From positions 448,001 through 512,000 of the forward strand of contig CAVYGN010000001.1 in the NCBI GenBank assembly GCA_963768055.1: DNA of 64,000 nucleotides, read 5' to 3'. Source of the DNA: an uncultured Spirochaetota bacterium. Lineage in GTDB: Bacteria; Spirochaetota; Brevinematia; Brevinematales; JAOACQ01. Positions within the stretch are counted from its first letter, which is position 1, and the number at the start of each line of letters is the position of its first letter. Of this stretch, positions 41,302 through 51,104 are shown piece after piece. The position numbers and the translations under genes are program-made. Under the pieces are notes generated by a model, which made no database searches, was not told the DNA's origin, and was given only the letters and a program-made list of their open reading frames with translations.

Positions 41302-42645
41302 ATGGCTAAATTACTGGTGATATCCGCTAACCTGATGGATGATCCTTATCCTGTATATCCCCTCGGGGCTAACCTGGTCGCAAATTCCGTTAAGAAATCA
41401 GGCCATGAAGTTAAAATTCTGGACTTATTAGTGGACGGCGATAACTGCATGGATGGCGTTATATCGGAATTCAAACCCGACTATATCGCTTTAGCTATGC
41501 GAAATGTCGATAATGTTAATTTTAAAGAAACACATACATTTATACTCCAGTATAAATCGGTTATTTCCAGGATAAAAAACAGTACCGGCGTTCCAATAAT
41601 ATTGGGAGGGACCGCTTTTACTATTTTTCCGGATAAATTTATTGAATATCTGGGAGCCGATTACGGCATCACCGGACCCGGAGAGATCAGCCTTCCGAAG
41701 CTTATCGAGGACCTGGAGCATAAAAATCAGCCTGATAGCCGGGTTATCCGGGGCAAGACCGACTATTCGGGGGAAAACTGCTATTATCTTGGCCGGGAGA
41801 ACAGGCTGGCTGAATTCTACCTGAATCAGGGAGGGATGCTTAATATTAGTTCGAAAAGAGGCTGTCCCCATAAATGTTTATACTGTTCCTATCCTAACCT
41901 GGAGGGTAATAAATATATTTTTCGCCAGCCGGAAAGCGTTGTCGATGAAATCGATTATTTAATGGCCGAGCATGCGGCGGATTATATATTTTTTACAGAT
42001 TCGGTGTTCAACGACAAAGACAATCAGTATTTATTAATCATGGAAGAAATGGCCCGGCGCGGGATATCTATTTTATGGACTTGCTACATGAGGCCTGCAA
42101 AATTTCAAAATGAAGAAGTGGAACTAATGAAGAGGACCGGCCTGCATTCCGTAGAATGGGGGACTGACTGTTCAAGCGACCGCACTCTCGCCGGAATGAA
42201 GAAGAATTTTCGCTGGGATGAAGTACAATCGGCAAATAATCTTTTTGCAAAACATAATATTCCAGGCTCGCATTTTATTATTTTCGGCGGTCCGGGCGAA
42301 AATCAGGAAACCGTTCGCGAAGGGATAAAGAATTTATCGGAGCTTGATTTCTGCGTTGTTTTTGGAGGGACAGGGGTCCGGGTTTTTCCGGATACGGGCA
42401 TAAGCAAACTGGCGAAAAGCGAGGGGCTGATCGTTAGTGATAATGAATTGTTTGAAAAAGAGGTGTTTTATCATTCCCCTGAAATCGATATCGAATGGCT
42501 TAACAATTTTCTTTTAGAAGCTTTCTCCGGGAAGAGGCATTGGATTTATCCCTGGACGGATCAGGCGATCAGAAATCAATATATGCATAACTCGGGCATC
42601 AGAGGCCCTTTATGGGAAAACCTTCTGAAAAAGAAGACAAGATGA
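41302..42645 (+). CDS. Lipid-biosynthesis B12-binding/radical SAM protein
   Basis: PYPVYPLG, RNVDNV, KRGCPHKCLYC.YP.LEG, FFTDSVFN, FGGPGE. Confidence 0.9.
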   Translation: MAKLLVISANLMDDPYPVYPLGANLVANSVKKSGHEVKILDLLVDGDNCMDGVISEFKPDYIALAMRNVDNVNFKETHTFILQYKSVISRIKNSTGVPIILGGTAFTIFPDKFIEYLGADYGITGPGEISLPKLIEDLEHKNQPDSRVIRGKTDYSGENCYYLGRENRLAEFYLNQGGMLNISSKRGCPHKCLYCSYPNLEGNKYIFRQPESVVDEIDYLMAEHAADYIFFTDSVFNDKDNQYLLIMEEMARRGISILWTCYMRPAKFQNEEVELMKRTGLHSVEWGTDCSSDRTLAGMKKNFRWDEVQSANNLFAKHNIPGSHFIIFGGPGENQETVREGIKNLSELDFCVVFGGTGVRVFPDTGISKLAKSEGLIVSDNELFEKEVFYHSPEIDIEWLNNFLLEAFSGKRHWIYPWTDQAIRNQYMHNSGIRGPLWENLLKKKTR

Positions 42646-43553
42646 ACCCTGAAAAAAATGCAAAAAAAAACATAACAGGGAGTTACGGCAGCAAACTTGG
42701 TTATTCGATTTTCGAATTTATTTTAAAGTACCTGGGCCTGAACCTGGCTTACGGGATTCTTATTTTTCTGATTCCCTATTATGTGATCCTGAGGCCCGGC
42801 GTTTACATGCGGTCTAAGCCGTATCTCCTGCGGCGTTTTCCGCATGATTCGTTTTTAAGGCGGTATCTCCGCCTGTTCAAGTATATTTTTATCTTCGGGC
42901 AGACACTCATCGACCAGTTTTATTTCGGTATAGTCGGCGAGTCGAAAATAAGGCTGGATTTTGACCGTCAGGATGAACTGCTGGATATTATGGAAAAAAG
43001 GCCCATGATTTTTATCATGTCCCATCTCGGGTTCTGGGAAGTGTCCATGGCCGGATCTTCACGATTTAATAAGATAATGAATGTTATGGCCGACAAAGAT
43101 ATCGATAAGGACAAAAGGAAGAGCTATTACGATATCCATCATAAAAAGGGTTTATTCCGTTTTATTAATGTGACCGGGAATTACGGGGGTATGATAGAAG
43201 CTACAAACGCATTGCTGAGGGGAGAGGTCGTTGGAGTTATGGGCGACAGGGCCTTTCAATGGCGTTCAAAGAAGGTTAACTTTCTCGGTTCTCCGGCTAA
43301 ATTTCCCATTATCGCGGAGCAGCTGGCTATAGCCACGGGAGCTTCACTGATCGTGATCTTAACTTCAAAAAAAAGGAAAAATCATATCGTTTATAAATGG
43401 AAGGATATTTCGACTGATATATTATCAAATGAAAAACTTGATAAAGAAGAAAAAATACAAAGGATGCTGGAACTTTACGTTAAGGAATTGGAAAAACATG
43501 TCCATGACAATCCCTATCTATGGTTTAATTTCTTTGATTTTTGGGGGCAGTAA
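42642..43553 (+). CDS. Lipid A biosynthesis-type acyltransferase (LPLAT)
   Basis: SHLGFWE, MGDR, FLG..A.FP, PYLWFNFFDFW. Confidence 0.88.
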   Translation: MNPEKNAKKNITGSYGSKLGYSIFEFILKYLGLNLAYGILIFLIPYYVILRPGVYMRSKPYLLRRFPHDSFLRRYLRLFKYIFIFGQTLIDQFYFGIVGESKIRLDFDRQDELLDIMEKRPMIFIMSHLGFWEVSMAGSSRFNKIMNVMADKDIDKDKRKSYYDIHHKKGLFRFINVTGNYGGMIEATNALLRGEVVGVMGDRAFQWRSKKVNFLGSPAKFPIIAEQLAIATGASLIVILTSKKRKNHIVYKWKDISTDILSNEKLDKEEKIQRMLELYVKELEKHVHDNPYLWFNFFDFWGQ

Positions 43554-43604
43554 TCTTATTATATAAGGCATCATAAACTATAACTTATTACGGGAGAATT
43601 ATAA

Positions 43605-43859
43605 ATGAACACAGCTGATAAACTCAAAGAACTTCTATGCAAAGAATTAAATCTGAAAATGAAACCTGAGGACATAACTGACGATATGCCCTTATTCGGT
43701 GAAGGATTGGGTCTGGATTCTTTAGATGCCGTGGAAATTGTGGTGATCCTTAAAAAACACATGGGAGTGGTTATTACCGATACCGAACAGGCCCAGAAGG
43801 TTTTTGTTTCCATTAAGACTTTAACCGATTTTATCGACCAAGAATTAGGCAAAAAATAA
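43605..43859 (+). CDS. Acyl carrier protein (ApeE-like)
   Basis: PLFGEGLGLDSLDAVE. Confidence 0.93.
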   Translation: MNTADKLKELLCKELNLKMKPEDITDDMPLFGEGLGLDSLDAVEIVVILKKHMGVVITDTEQAQKVFVSIKTLTDFIDQELGKK

Positions 43860-45035
43860 GTGCGGAACCGAAGCGTTGTTACCGGCATAGGGTGTATCGG
43901 CAGCTCCGGCAGGAATTTGCATGAATTTATGAAGCTCCTTTATTCCGGCAAACGAAACCCGAAACCCCCACGGCGGTTTTCTTATAAATTGGACAAACAA
44001 TATCCGATCTTTGAAGTATTGGATTTTGAAAACCAGCCGAATGGGATAAGTTATTATTTTGCTGAAACTGCAATTCATGAAGCGATTTCAGAAGCCGGAT
44101 TAGATGAAAAATCATTGCAAAAATACAGGGTCGGAGTGGTTTTAGGTTCGACCGCCGGATGTTTTTTATTTAAAGAGGGTTACTACAGGGATTTTCGCAA
44201 TCAAATAAATTTCGACAAATCGTTTTTAGCCGGGTTATTATTAAACGGGAGTATCGCCCATCAAATAAGCAGAAAATTCAACCTGAGCGGCCCTTCCATT
44301 ACATTGTCGAACGCCTGTTCATCCGGTACCGACGCCATAGGGCTCGCCTCTAAAATGATCGAAAGCGGTGTTTGCGATATTGCCCTGGCCGGCGGAGCCG
44401 ATGAAATAGTCAGAATGGTTTATCTCGGTTTTATTTCCCTGATGAATACATCCGACGAGCCCTGCACCCCGTTTTCAATAAAAAGAAAGGGGCTGAATCT
44501 TGGCGAGGGCGCAGGCATATGCGTTCTGGAAAGTCAAGCCGCGGCAAAAGAAAGAGGGGCAAAACCGCTGGGTTCCATCGAGGGTTATTCTACAGTATCG
44601 GATTCATATCATATTACCGCTCCTGAACCGTCCGGAAGGGGGCTCCGAAAGGCGTTTGAAAACGCGTTGGGCCAGGCCGGCGTCAAACCTGAAGATATAG
44701 CTTTTATAAATACTCATGGGACCGGAACGGTAGATAACGACAGGGTCGAAGGGCAGGTAATTTCAGATATTTTCGGCCCGGATATTCCTATTACAGCTAC
44801 AAAGGCTTATACAGGGCACGCCTTGGGGGCGGCCGGAGCCCTTGAAACCGTTTTTTCAATAAGGTCCCTTATAGATAAAAAAATACCGGGAGCTCCTGAT
44901 TATAACGATTTTGATCCGGACTGCAGGGTAAAACCCCATACGGATAATAAAGAAATTTCCGGTAATTACGCATGCTCCTCTTCTCTGGCTTTCGGGGGGG
45001 TGAACTCGGTGATTGTTATTAAGGGTAATGTATGA
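43860..45035 (+). CDS. Beta-ketoacyl synthase (ApeO-like), KS4
   Basis: NACSSG, THGTGT..ND, KAYTGHALGA, AFGGVN. Confidence 0.9.
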   Translation: MRNRSVVTGIGCIGSSGRNLHEFMKLLYSGKRNPKPPRRFSYKLDKQYPIFEVLDFENQPNGISYYFAETAIHEAISEAGLDEKSLQKYRVGVVLGSTAGCFLFKEGYYRDFRNQINFDKSFLAGLLLNGSIAHQISRKFNLSGPSITLSNACSSGTDAIGLASKMIESGVCDIALAGGADEIVRMVYLGFISLMNTSDEPCTPFSIKRKGLNLGEGAGICVLESQAAAKERGAKPLGSIEGYSTVSDSYHITAPEPSGRGLRKAFENALGQAGVKPEDIAFINTHGTGTVDNDRVEGQVISDIFGPDIPITATKAYTGHALGAAGALETVFSIRSLIDKKIPGAPDYNDFDPDCRVKPHTDNKEISGNYACSSSLAFGGVNSVIVIKGNV

Positions 45036-46003
45036 ATATTTCCATAGCGGGATTGGGAATTGTCTCAAAAATAGGCGGGACCCGGGAAATAGAGCAATAT
45101 CTCGCTCTTGAAGAAATCAATACTGTTTTATTACATAACGGCAGGCTTTTACCTGTCGTTTTTCCCGACGATTACGGAGTACCCGAGAAACTGACAAGGA
45201 GAATGAGCCATTTTGCCAAACTTGCACTGCTTTCCGCTTATCATGCTATAAGAGATTCAGGGCTTAATGTCGCAGGAAAGTCAATCGGCATTATTCAGGG
45301 TTCGGTTTACGGGCCTGTTATTTCAGGAATAAAGGCTTTTGACGATTTGATAGATTTCGGCGATAACCAGCTTTCCCCGGTTAATTTTTCAGGATCGGTA
45401 TTCAATACCTCGACATCCTATATTTCTCTCGCGTTAGGCATCCGCGGCTGCACTTTATCGCATACCGGAGGCCAGGATACCCTTTATAATTCCCTTCTTA
45501 CCGCCGGACTGTGGCTTGAAGGCGGAGCTGCGGATTATGTTATTATGGGAATCGGGGACGAGTACTTATCCTTTATTGAGAATCCCGATCCCTGCGGTGA
45601 TAAACCGGGACTTCTGCCTACATCGGAGGGCTGGACGACATTTATCTTAAGCAAGAATGAAAAGGATAAGTACGGTAAAATCGAATACGGTTTATTGAGA
45701 GAGTTGCCCCCGGGAACTGAAAATCAAAAGAATATCTTTTCAGTCTGGAATGATCAAATAAAAACGGATGTTATTCCGTATGATAACAGGTTTTGTTTTC
45801 TTAATTTTTTACGGGGTTCATACCCTAGCGCTTCAGCGTTCGATTTAGCTCTCGCCTTAATCTGCAGTAAAAACAAAAGATTCCCTGTTAATAATTCTTC
45901 AAATTATAATATCATATCATTAGATAAAAATGAGAAGATAAGCTGTTATAATCCGGCTGAAACCGGCGGAATATTTTATTATGACGTTTATTCGGGATGT
46001 TAA
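45032..46003 (+). CDS. Chain length factor (ApeC-like), CLF-B
   Basis: TRRMS, LSPVNFSGSVFN; lacks catalytic Cys motif; ATGA overlap with KS4. Confidence 0.82.
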   Translation: MNISIAGLGIVSKIGGTREIEQYLALEEINTVLLHNGRLLPVVFPDDYGVPEKLTRRMSHFAKLALLSAYHAIRDSGLNVAGKSIGIIQGSVYGPVISGIKAFDDLIDFGDNQLSPVNFSGSVFNTSTSYISLALGIRGCTLSHTGGQDTLYNSLLTAGLWLEGGAADYVIMGIGDEYLSFIENPDPCGDKPGLLPTSEGWTTFILSKNEKDKYGKIEYGLLRELPPGTENQKNIFSVWNDQIKTDVIPYDNRFCFLNFLRGSYPSASAFDLALALICSKNKRFPVNNSSNYNIISLDKNEKISCYNPAETGGIFYYDVYSGC

Positions 46004-47760
46004 AAGCGCGGGCATATCCTGCAGGCATCTGGCGGGTTTCCGCTCAGCATAAGAGCCCGGTATTTTTTCATAATATTACCGTTCCAGATCCCGGTGAAAG
46101 GATCCCTGAATAAATTGCCGATTACCGGATCCGGCTGGCAGTCACATATGGTAATATTGCCGTCGACATCGACCGGAATTGTCTGCCAGGGCGAAAGGCA
46201 CCATGTATGCTCAACAGAACGCCGGTACAATTGCCCCGGAGGAATAAGTAAAAATTCCTGGTATCTCTTTTCAAGGCCGAATTCTTCAAGGCCGTGGACA
46301 GATAAAACGGGAAATTTCTTTGAAAAAGCGCGGGAGACAGCGCTCCTGACAGTCATTTCAATATTATCATCGATATTTTTCCAGACAGAATGATCGAGAT
46401 TCGACTTAAAGTTAATGTCCGATAGCATTATCACATCCATTCCAAGCCCGGAAACCAGATCGATAAGATTTTTCAGAAAAGGGACATTCTTTACCGATAC
46501 TGCGGAAAAAACGGATTTGGAAATATTTTTAATGGATTTTGAAATATTAACGAATTCCTTTATATTATTGATCACCCGGTTGAAATCAGTACCCTTCCTT
46601 ACTAAAGATGCCGAACGCCTGTCGAACCAATCGATGCTGAATGTTATCGAATCAAGTCCTGCATCTAAAAGTTTACGGGAAATTTCAGTATCTAAAAGCA
46701 TCGCATTGGTTACGACCGCCGTTTTCTTTTTTAATGACTTGGCGTACCGGATGAAATCGGCAATTTGAGGATGCATCAGCGGTTCGCCGAGGCCGACAAG
46801 TGTTATCCGGTAGATATCCGGCATTAATGCAAGGATATTGCGAAAAAAACCGAAAGGCATATGCTTGTTCTTTCTTTTGAATTGCGAACGCGCGCAGTAT
46901 TTACATTTTAGATTGCAATAAGTCGTAATTTCTATATTCGCGATGACAGGATCGTTTATTACGGCAGGCGACAGTTCAGGCTTTTCACCTATCGCCCTCC
47001 CCGCTCCGGGGCATAATGCCAGATGACTTTCACCGGAAGGGGTTTCAGTAACAAAATCTTTAATTTCAGGTTCTATTTCAATCAAAGAATTAACAATTCG
47101 TTTGTCTTTATTGCTTTTATTTAAAATATCGGTAATAGCCCTTGTAATAATATCTGCAAGTAAAATACCTCTTTTACTGCAAATATCGTCATGGCCGGCA
47201 TCGGGAATAATAACAATACGGGCGGATTTTGTGAAATTTTCTTTTTTCCATGAGCAGGAATCTTTGACCGGAACAAGTTTGTCATTATCGCCATGAATAA
47301 TTAATACCGGAAATCCCGCGCTGAATTTAATCAATCCCGTTGAATTGATAAATTTTATCATCATTGCTATATCGATAAACGGGACTTCATGCTTACCGGA
47401 CCTGTGAGAATTCCATCTTGATAAATATCCGGAATCGATTTTTTTGGGGACTGATATTAGAATAAGAAGGTCGGGAATAATTGAAAATTTGTATAGTGCC
47501 CGGATCGCAAAATTTCCCCCGGTCGAGTGCCCTATAATAATAATTTTACGGTTTTCAATTTTGAATATATTTATTGAATTAGTAATAGTTTCAACAAATA
47601 AATCATCATTAAAGACCGGTATATCGGGTCCATGACCCGGAAGGGAAATGTTTTTTACAGAATCGTTGCCAAAATTCAAAGAAAGTTCGGAGGCCAGGGG
47701 TTTTAAATCCTGGTCAGAACCGGTATAGCCATGAATTAGAATAATGCCTATAGACTTCAA
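46000..47760 (-). CDS. Alpha/beta hydrolase - radical SAM/SPASM fusion protein
   Basis: IHGYTG, GHSTG, HGDNDKLV, AGH; CNLKCKYC, GEPLMH; CLSPW..ICDC..CRIC. Confidence 0.85.
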   Translation of the reverse strand: MKSIGIILIHGYTGSDQDLKPLASELSLNFGNDSVKNISLPGHGPDIPVFNDDLFVETITNSINIFKIENRKIIIIGHSTGGNFAIRALYKFSIIPDLLILISVPKKIDSGYLSRWNSHRSGKHEVPFIDIAMMIKFINSTGLIKFSAGFPVLIIHGDNDKLVPVKDSCSWKKENFTKSARIVIIPDAGHDDICSKRGILLADIITRAITDILNKSNKDKRIVNSLIEIEPEIKDFVTETPSGESHLALCPGAGRAIGEKPELSPAVINDPVIANIEITTYCNLKCKYCARSQFKRKNKHMPFGFFRNILALMPDIYRITLVGLGEPLMHPQIADFIRYAKSLKKKTAVVTNAMLLDTEISRKLLDAGLDSITFSIDWFDRRSASLVRKGTDFNRVINNIKEFVNISKSIKNISKSVFSAVSVKNVPFLKNLIDLVSGLGMDVIMLSDINFKSNLDHSVWKNIDDNIEMTVRSAVSRAFSKKFPVLSVHGLEEFGLEKRYQEFLLIPPGQLYRRSVEHTWCLSPWQTIPVDVDGNITICDCQPDPVIGNLFRDPFTGIWNGNIMKKYRALMLSGNPPDACRICPRF

Positions 47761-47762
47761 TA

Positions 47763-48971
47763 TTAAACCTCGAGATACCTTGCTAAAGAGTTTGCTCCGT
47801 CATAACGGGAGATCGCTCCCTTTATCGCAGTTAAATTATCCCTTGTTTTACTGTTATTGACAAGGCTGTCGATTTTAAATTTAATTTCATCGTCCGTCAT
47901 TCTATTAAAAACATTCGTATAATCCTCCGGGATCCCGGTAAATTGAGTTGAGGGAATAAGCCGTTTTCCGCAGCCTATCCTTTCAAGACAAACTCCGTTA
48001 TGCGATTGTTCAGGTTGTAAAGGCATGACAATAACAGGGATTTCGTTTTTAAGCGCTTCGAATATGGTCATCTGGCCGCCATGCGTTACCAGCAGGGACG
48101 CATAGGGAAATATTTTAATAAGCGGGGCAAAATTTAAAACTATTACGCGTGAATCAGAATGCCTGATATCAAGCATTTCTTTTTGCCCTCCGGCCGCAAC
48201 TATGACTTTATAACCCAATTCGAATAAAATATCCACTATTTTTTGTACAATTAATTTATCCGAAATACAGGTTCCGAACGACACTATGGCAATAGGATAT
48301 TTTGAATCGATTATATCTTCTAAATTGAAGGGATCGTAAGGCCAATGATTTAATGAAAAAGGCCCGACATGGATGATATTCGAATTTTTATTTATAGGCA
48401 TAAATTCCGGGAAATCCCATAAAAATGTGCGTTCGCCTTTTAAGGCATACCTGATATCCTCTATTTTCCTTAAACCGAATTTCGAGAGAGCCAGACTTGT
48501 TTTATTTCCCGCGAAGCGGAAAAAATTATCAAGGAATTTTTCCTGCAAACCGATCCCTTCGTCATTATGATCAAAACCCAGGACATCATTTGAATCGGGG
48601 ATAATACAGCCGCATATAAGAGAGTCATACGGAACATTTGTTATTTGAGATGAAGCAAAAACCGTAAAACGAAAAACACCGAGAACTCTATCCGGTTTAA
48701 TTTTGTTTAATAAAGCGACTTCTTCATCAATACAATTTGTTATAGTTTCAATATTTGTAAACCATTTGAAAGAAGGGAAGCCCCCGTTATCCGTTTCCTG
48801 AATATCTGATAATACATGGTATTTTATTCCCAATCTATTTAGAAAATCGGAATGCTTTATCCCTATTGCTATATGAACTTCATGCCTGTTATTTATAAGG
48901 ATTTCTCTTATAGATAGGCATTTTGATATATGTGATAAAGAATTATTCTCGGGCATTAGAAGAAATTTCAT
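47763..48971 (-). CDS. Glycosyltransferase family 1-like (GT-B, UDP-sugar)
   Basis: SHISKC, VSFGT, THGGQMTIFEAL, PLQPEQ..NG. Confidence 0.82.
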   Translation of the reverse strand: MKFLLMPENNSLSHISKCLSIREILINNRHEVHIAIGIKHSDFLNRLGIKYHVLSDIQETDNGGFPSFKWFTNIETITNCIDEEVALLNKIKPDRVLGVFRFTVFASSQITNVPYDSLICGCIIPDSNDVLGFDHNDEGIGLQEKFLDNFFRFAGNKTSLALSKFGLRKIEDIRYALKGERTFLWDFPEFMPINKNSNIIHVGPFSLNHWPYDPFNLEDIIDSKYPIAIVSFGTCISDKLIVQKIVDILFELGYKVIVAAGGQKEMLDIRHSDSRVIVLNFAPLIKIFPYASLLVTHGGQMTIFEALKNEIPVIVMPLQPEQSHNGVCLERIGCGKRLIPSTQFTGIPEDYTNVFNRMTDDEIKFKIDSLVNNSKTRDNLTAIKGAISRYDGANSLARYLEV

Positions 48972-49184
48972 TTTAAGCTTTGAACATCCTCATCAATTTC
49001 AAAATAATACAGGTAAATAATTATTGATTGCCCTTTTCATTCCCGGAATGACTGGTTTTAATCAGTCATAACAGATACTAAAATAATTTGATTGGAAGGA
49101 AAATTAATGCTTTAATTTAAAAAATTATATCAGCCGGCCGGAAATATAGCAAGCAAATTGTAAGTTTATAATCGCCGGCTTTCC

Positions 49185-49213
49185 TTGATTTGATAATAAG
49201 TTCACAGTATAAT
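49185..49213 (+). promoter_or_regulatory. Putative sigma70 promoter of the GT2 operon
   Basis: TTGATT, 17 bp spacer, TATAAT. Confidence 0.55.
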
Positions 49214-49235
49214 TTTAATAAAAGGCTGACTCTGA

Positions 49236-50018
49236 ATGGTAAAAAACAATAAAGATTACAAATTAAACTTCTGTGTTATCATACCTACATATAATAATGA
49301 AAAGACCCTGGAAAAAGTTATTCTATCGACACTGGAATACTGCACGGATATAATCGTGGTAAACGATGGAAGTACCGATAAAACGGGGATCATCCTGAAT
49401 AACCTTCAAAATAAAATCGATATAGTTTCTTTGCCAAAAAATCGTGGGAAAGGGGCTGCTTTAAGAAAGGGATTGAAAAGGGCGGAAGAATCGGGATTCG
49501 AATTCGCCATCACTCTTGATGCGGACGGACAGCATTATCCCTCGGACATTCCGAAATTTCTGGAGAAAGCGGCTCCCGGACTGGATATCCTGGTCATCGG
49601 AAACCGCGATATGACCGGCCGGGAAATACCAAAAAAAAGTATTTTCGGAAGAAAATTTTCAAACTTCTGGGTACGTCTGGAAACTAACAGGGATATTCAA
49701 GACTCTCAATCAGGATACAGATTATACACGGTTTCAAAAATTAATAAATTCCATTTTTTTACAGTTAAATATGATTTTGAACTTGAATCGCTGGTCAGAT
49801 GGCTATGGCGCGATTACACTGTGGAAATTGTTTCAATCGGGGTCTATTACGCCCCTGCTGAAGAGAGAATAAGTCATTTTAAAGGTTTTAAAGATAATCT
49901 CTACATAAGCTTGCTGAATACGGTGCTGGTAACGATAACATTCGCGTATATTATCCCGGGAAGATTCTTTAGAATAATTTGCCGCAGGATAAAAAAGTTA
50001 TTATTATTTGAGAGTTAA
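49236..50018 (+). CDS. Glycosyltransferase family 2 (similar to APE/flexirubin cluster GT2 domain)
   Basis: IPTYNN, NDGSTD, DADGQH, DSQSGYRLY, ERISHF. Confidence 0.9.
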   Translation: MVKNNKDYKLNFCVIIPTYNNEKTLEKVILSTLEYCTDIIVVNDGSTDKTGIILNNLQNKIDIVSLPKNRGKGAALRKGLKRAEESGFEFAITLDADGQHYPSDIPKFLEKAAPGLDILVIGNRDMTGREIPKKSIFGRKFSNFWVRLETNRDIQDSQSGYRLYTVSKINKFHFFTVKYDFELESLVRWLWRDYTVEIVSIGVYYAPAEERISHFKGFKDNLYISLLNTVLVTITFAYIIPGRFFRIICRRIKKLLLFES

Positions 50019-50051
50019 GTTTTTGTTATTAAAAACAGGAGGATTCTTATT

Positions 50052-50498
50052 ATGAGTATTTCAGGGAAATATGGAATGATTTTCCGGGCCATGATACTCA
50101 GTTCATGTTTTTTGGTTTTTGTATTATCAAGCTGCTCCGCCGGGCCTGTGAAGCTTACAAAGGCTGAACTTACTACTCTCAAACCTTCAGGCGTGATCAC
50201 CAACGGGGTGCGTGTTATCGATGTAACGGCTAAACAATATGAATATAATCCCGACCCGATCGTGGTAATAAGCGGGGAGCAGGTACAGTTGAATGTTTCA
50301 ACGCTGGATGTATCGCATGGGTTCAGCATTCCGGAATTTAAAATCAACAGCTCTTTGCTGCCCGGGAAGCCAGAGACAATTACCTTCAAGCCCGATGCGG
50401 AAGGCAAATACGCTATCCACTGCACGATATTCTGCGGGATGGGCCACTTCGTTATGGGGGGGCACCTCGTTGTGCTGCCTGCTGAAAAAACGAATTAA
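50052..50498 (+). CDS. Stand-alone CuA cupredoxin lipoprotein (cytochrome c oxidase subunit II-like domain)
   Basis: LSSC lipobox, DVSHGF, CTIFCGMGHFVM. Confidence 0.8.
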   Translation: MSISGKYGMIFRAMILSSCFLVFVLSSCSAGPVKLTKAELTTLKPSGVITNGVRVIDVTAKQYEYNPDPIVVISGEQVQLNVSTLDVSHGFSIPEFKINSSLLPGKPETITFKPDAEGKYAIHCTIFCGMGHFVMGGHLVVLPAEKTN

Positions 50499-50558
50499 GG
50501 GCGGGCTGTCCGCTGTTTTTGAAGAGAAATATCTGTGCGACCTCCGGAGGATAAACAA

Positions 50559-51104
50559 ATGCCGTTTACCGGAAAATTGATCGAATTGATCAACAGGGTC
50601 GCCACAGGCAATATAAAATATAAATTAATTTTTGCTCCGATTGTCGGATTGTTATATTTCAGTTCCATCGTTTTTTTTATATTTTTATCTGTTGAAATCG
50701 ATACTATTTTAAATCTGCCGAAAATATTCAACCGGCAGTTCAATTACTATATCGGCATACCGGTAATTGCAGCGGGTTTTTTCCTTATGGCTTATTGTAT
50801 GTTTCTTTTTATAAAAGTAAGGGGTACGCCTGTGCCCTTAAGCCCGCCTCCCAAGCTTGTTTTTTCAGGCCCGTATAAATATGTGCGCAATCCCATGCAG
50901 ACAGGGATATTTATTCTATTATTCGGCATAGCCGTATTACTAAAATCAATATCGCTGTTTTTTATTTTTACGCCTCTTTTTATTATTATTAATCTCTGGG
51001 AATTAAAAACGGTAGAAGAACCCGAATTAATAAAACGCCTGGGCAACGGCTATATCGAGTATAAAAAAAGAGTACCGATGTTTTTCCCCCGGCTAAAGAA
51101 ATGA
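50559..51104 (+). CDS. Isoprenylcysteine carboxyl methyltransferase/PEMT family membrane protein
   Basis: GTPVP..PP.KLV.SGPYKYVRNPM, EE..L..R.G..Y..Y..RVP. Confidence 0.85.
   Translation: MPFTGKLIELINRVATGNIKYKLIFAPIVGLLYFSSIVFFIFLSVEIDTILNLPKIFNRQFNYYIGIPVIAAGFFLMAYCMFLFIKVRGTPVPLSPPPKLVFSGPYKYVRNPMQTGIFILLFGIAVLLKSISLFFIFTPLFIIINLWELKTVEEPELIKRLGNGYIEYKKRVPMFFPRLKK

Noticed and set aside
30394..46003. Housekeeping fatty acid synthesis operon, or a true ladderane or flexirubin pathway
   Set aside because: No fabD/fabH/plsX/acc, and ammonia-lyase plus CLFs are present; no DarAB for the flexirubin resorcinol; ladderane synthesis cannot be claimed from shared gene families
46000..47760. RiPP maturase role for the radical SAM/SPASM protein
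   Set aside because: No precursor peptide or RRE/PqqD domain recognised; context is lipid and glycosyl chemistry
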